Assembly (NCBI GenBank): GCA_964016885.1
Contig: OZ024741.1
Location: 361,832,001 to 361,896,000 of the forward strand
Direction of reading: 5' to 3'
DNA: 64,000 nt
From: Eledone cirrhosa
Lineage: Eukaryota
The translations under genes were made by a program, and so were the position numbers. This document shows, one piece after another, positions 62,671-64,000 of this stretch; the stretch's first letter is position 1; the number at the start of each line of letters is the position of its first letter. Under the pieces are notes generated by a model. That model did not search any database and was not told the origin of the DNA. It saw only the letters and a program-made list of their open reading frames with translations.

Positions 62671-63231
62671 TAATCAAGGTTTAGCAAATAAGAAAAAGTT
62701 TCAAAATAAATTTTAAAAAATTAACTTTACTCACTATGGTTACCTTTACCGAATCGGTTTCGAGTCTCAAAAATAAATGGACAGTCCTTACGGCATCCAT
62801 TGCAAACATAAACTCTCGTCAGAAGGATCTTTTCACTCGGAGAATATAAAATTCCTGAGTTAAAATTACGAACTGGCGCTATTCAAAATTGTTCCCGAGA
62901 TGAGAATAAATGAAGTGGAAGCAATTCCTTCAAGTGCCGTGTGTAAAGATAGAAGCAAAGGCAGGGAGGTCAGTCTACTACCACTGTAACTAGCAGCAGT
63001 CCGAACGACCAAATTTTTTTCTCGACCAAGAGGAGAATAATAATAAAGTATATATCCCTACACGCACAAAGCGCTTAGGGACACATGTATTGTCCAACCA
63101 TATGCCAATGTGGTTCAATGGCAGGTTAATAAATTAACGAGCCAGAACATATATAATCAAGGTTTAGCAAATAAGAAAAAGTTTCAAAATAAATTTTTTT
63201 AAATTAACTTTACTCACTATGGTTACCTTTA

Positions 63232-63233
<2 letters not shown>
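62671..63233 (-). mobile_element. Retrozyme-like element: 483-bp unit + 80-bp terminal direct repeat, in (TA)n
   Basis: 62671-62750 repeats at 63154-63233; no ORF; contains a complete hammerhead. Confidence 0.85.
62743..62826 (-). ncRNA. Type I hammerhead ribozyme with extended stem II
   Basis: Minus strand cctt CTGACGA gagt...(internal atgga/tccat hairpin)...actc GAAA ccgattcgg TA aagg. Confidence 0.88.
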
Positions 63234-63269
<36 letters not shown>

Positions 63270-63283
63270 TTCACCATACCGAG

Positions 63284-63328
<45 letters not shown>

Positions 63329-63333
<5 letters not shown>

Positions 63334-63954
63334 ATTATGAAGAGAGAAGAAACATTAGATATAATTAGTAATAAGATGTATCATACCTAAACTGCTTCTA
63401 AATTCCTCGACTACGTAGTTTCGTGGCATAATCAAAAACAATACATCACAGAGATATATAATTTTTGTGAGGTCTGCCGACTTATCAAGTGTGTCCGCAT
63501 GTATCTGTGTGTTTCTCTATATATTGTTTATAACTCCCTTTGGTCGAGTAACCCTTGAAGTGTAGTGACTGCTGGAAAGCTGCCATTACTCATACTTCTT
63601 GCCTCCTTAACCACCTCTTCTACGGCCTCGATATAAATACCCCCTCCGCCTCCGTGGTATTTTTTTCAGGGTTATAAGAGGCTTAGCTCTGTTTCATGAC
63701 CGCTGTATCACGTGATTGACTCCCCCTCCGCCTTTTGGGATTCTATCTCGCATCTTACAGACGTGTTTATGAAATCCTTAATGAGGTATCCTCTTGATAA
63801 GTCGGCAGACCTCACAAAAGCTCTATATCTCTATGATGTATTGTTTTTGATTATGCCACGAAACTACGTAGTCGAGGAATTTAGAAGCAGTTTAGGTATG
63901 ATACATCTTATTACTAATTATATCTAAATGTTTCTTCTCTCTTAATAATGTACT
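63329..63954. mobile_element. Non-coding element with inverted arms of about 160 bp that contain a hammerhead
   Basis: 63329-63489 is the reverse complement of 63793-63954; starts at a TA tract; may continue past the window end. Confidence 0.82.
63789..63878 (+). ncRNA. Type I hammerhead ribozyme, U3-A8 variant with long stem II
   Basis: tcctc TTGATAA gt-c-ggca...tgcc-ac GAAA ctacgtag TC gagga: 5-bp stem I, palindromic stem III ACTACGTAGT, GUC cleavage triplet. Confidence 0.87.
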
Positions 63955-64000
63955 TTATAGCTCTGATACTGGTTCAGTCTAATCCATTCGGATTGGTTTG

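Noticed and set aside
38563-64000. First (M1) coding exon of the K2P gene
   Set aside because: No non-repetitive hydrophobic exon with an M1-like G..F..LE motif was found; it is presumably outside the window.

Overview
AT-rich, repeat-saturated animal DNA; the (TA)n richness and the SINE/RTE types suggest a cephalopod or other mollusc, but that is inference. The only host gene I can support is a minus-strand two-pore-domain K+ channel (K2P, TREK/TALK-like). Four exons were reconstructed by hand with phase-compatible GT-AG junctions (38562-38398, 31264-30932, 30536-30367, 7339-7172); the M1 exon is presumably beyond the window end. Nearly everything else is mobile DNA. Roughly 45% of the window is RTE-clade LINEs (at least 3 families, with a PHD finger inside the RT region, (GAT)n tails and frequent insertion at (TA)n). 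There are also two Penelope-like GIY-YIG elements, CRE-like fragments, tRNA-derived SINEs, MITEs and a 79-bp higher-order minisatellite. The standout signal is invisible in the ORF track: a cluster of mutually unrelated non-coding elements sitting in (TA)n tracts. They are built as unit + partial direct repeat (units of 183-563 bp) and/or inverted arms, and most carry a type I hammerhead ribozyme. Several of the ribozymes have non-canonical cores (U3-A8 covariation, U.U at 10.1/11.1, very long stem II). They look like retrozyme or mini-Penelope elements. The neighbouring Penelope-like element has an intact RT-GIY-YIG ORF reached through an in-phase UUUUUUA -1 slippery site. All structures were folded by eye; no searches or folding programs were run.
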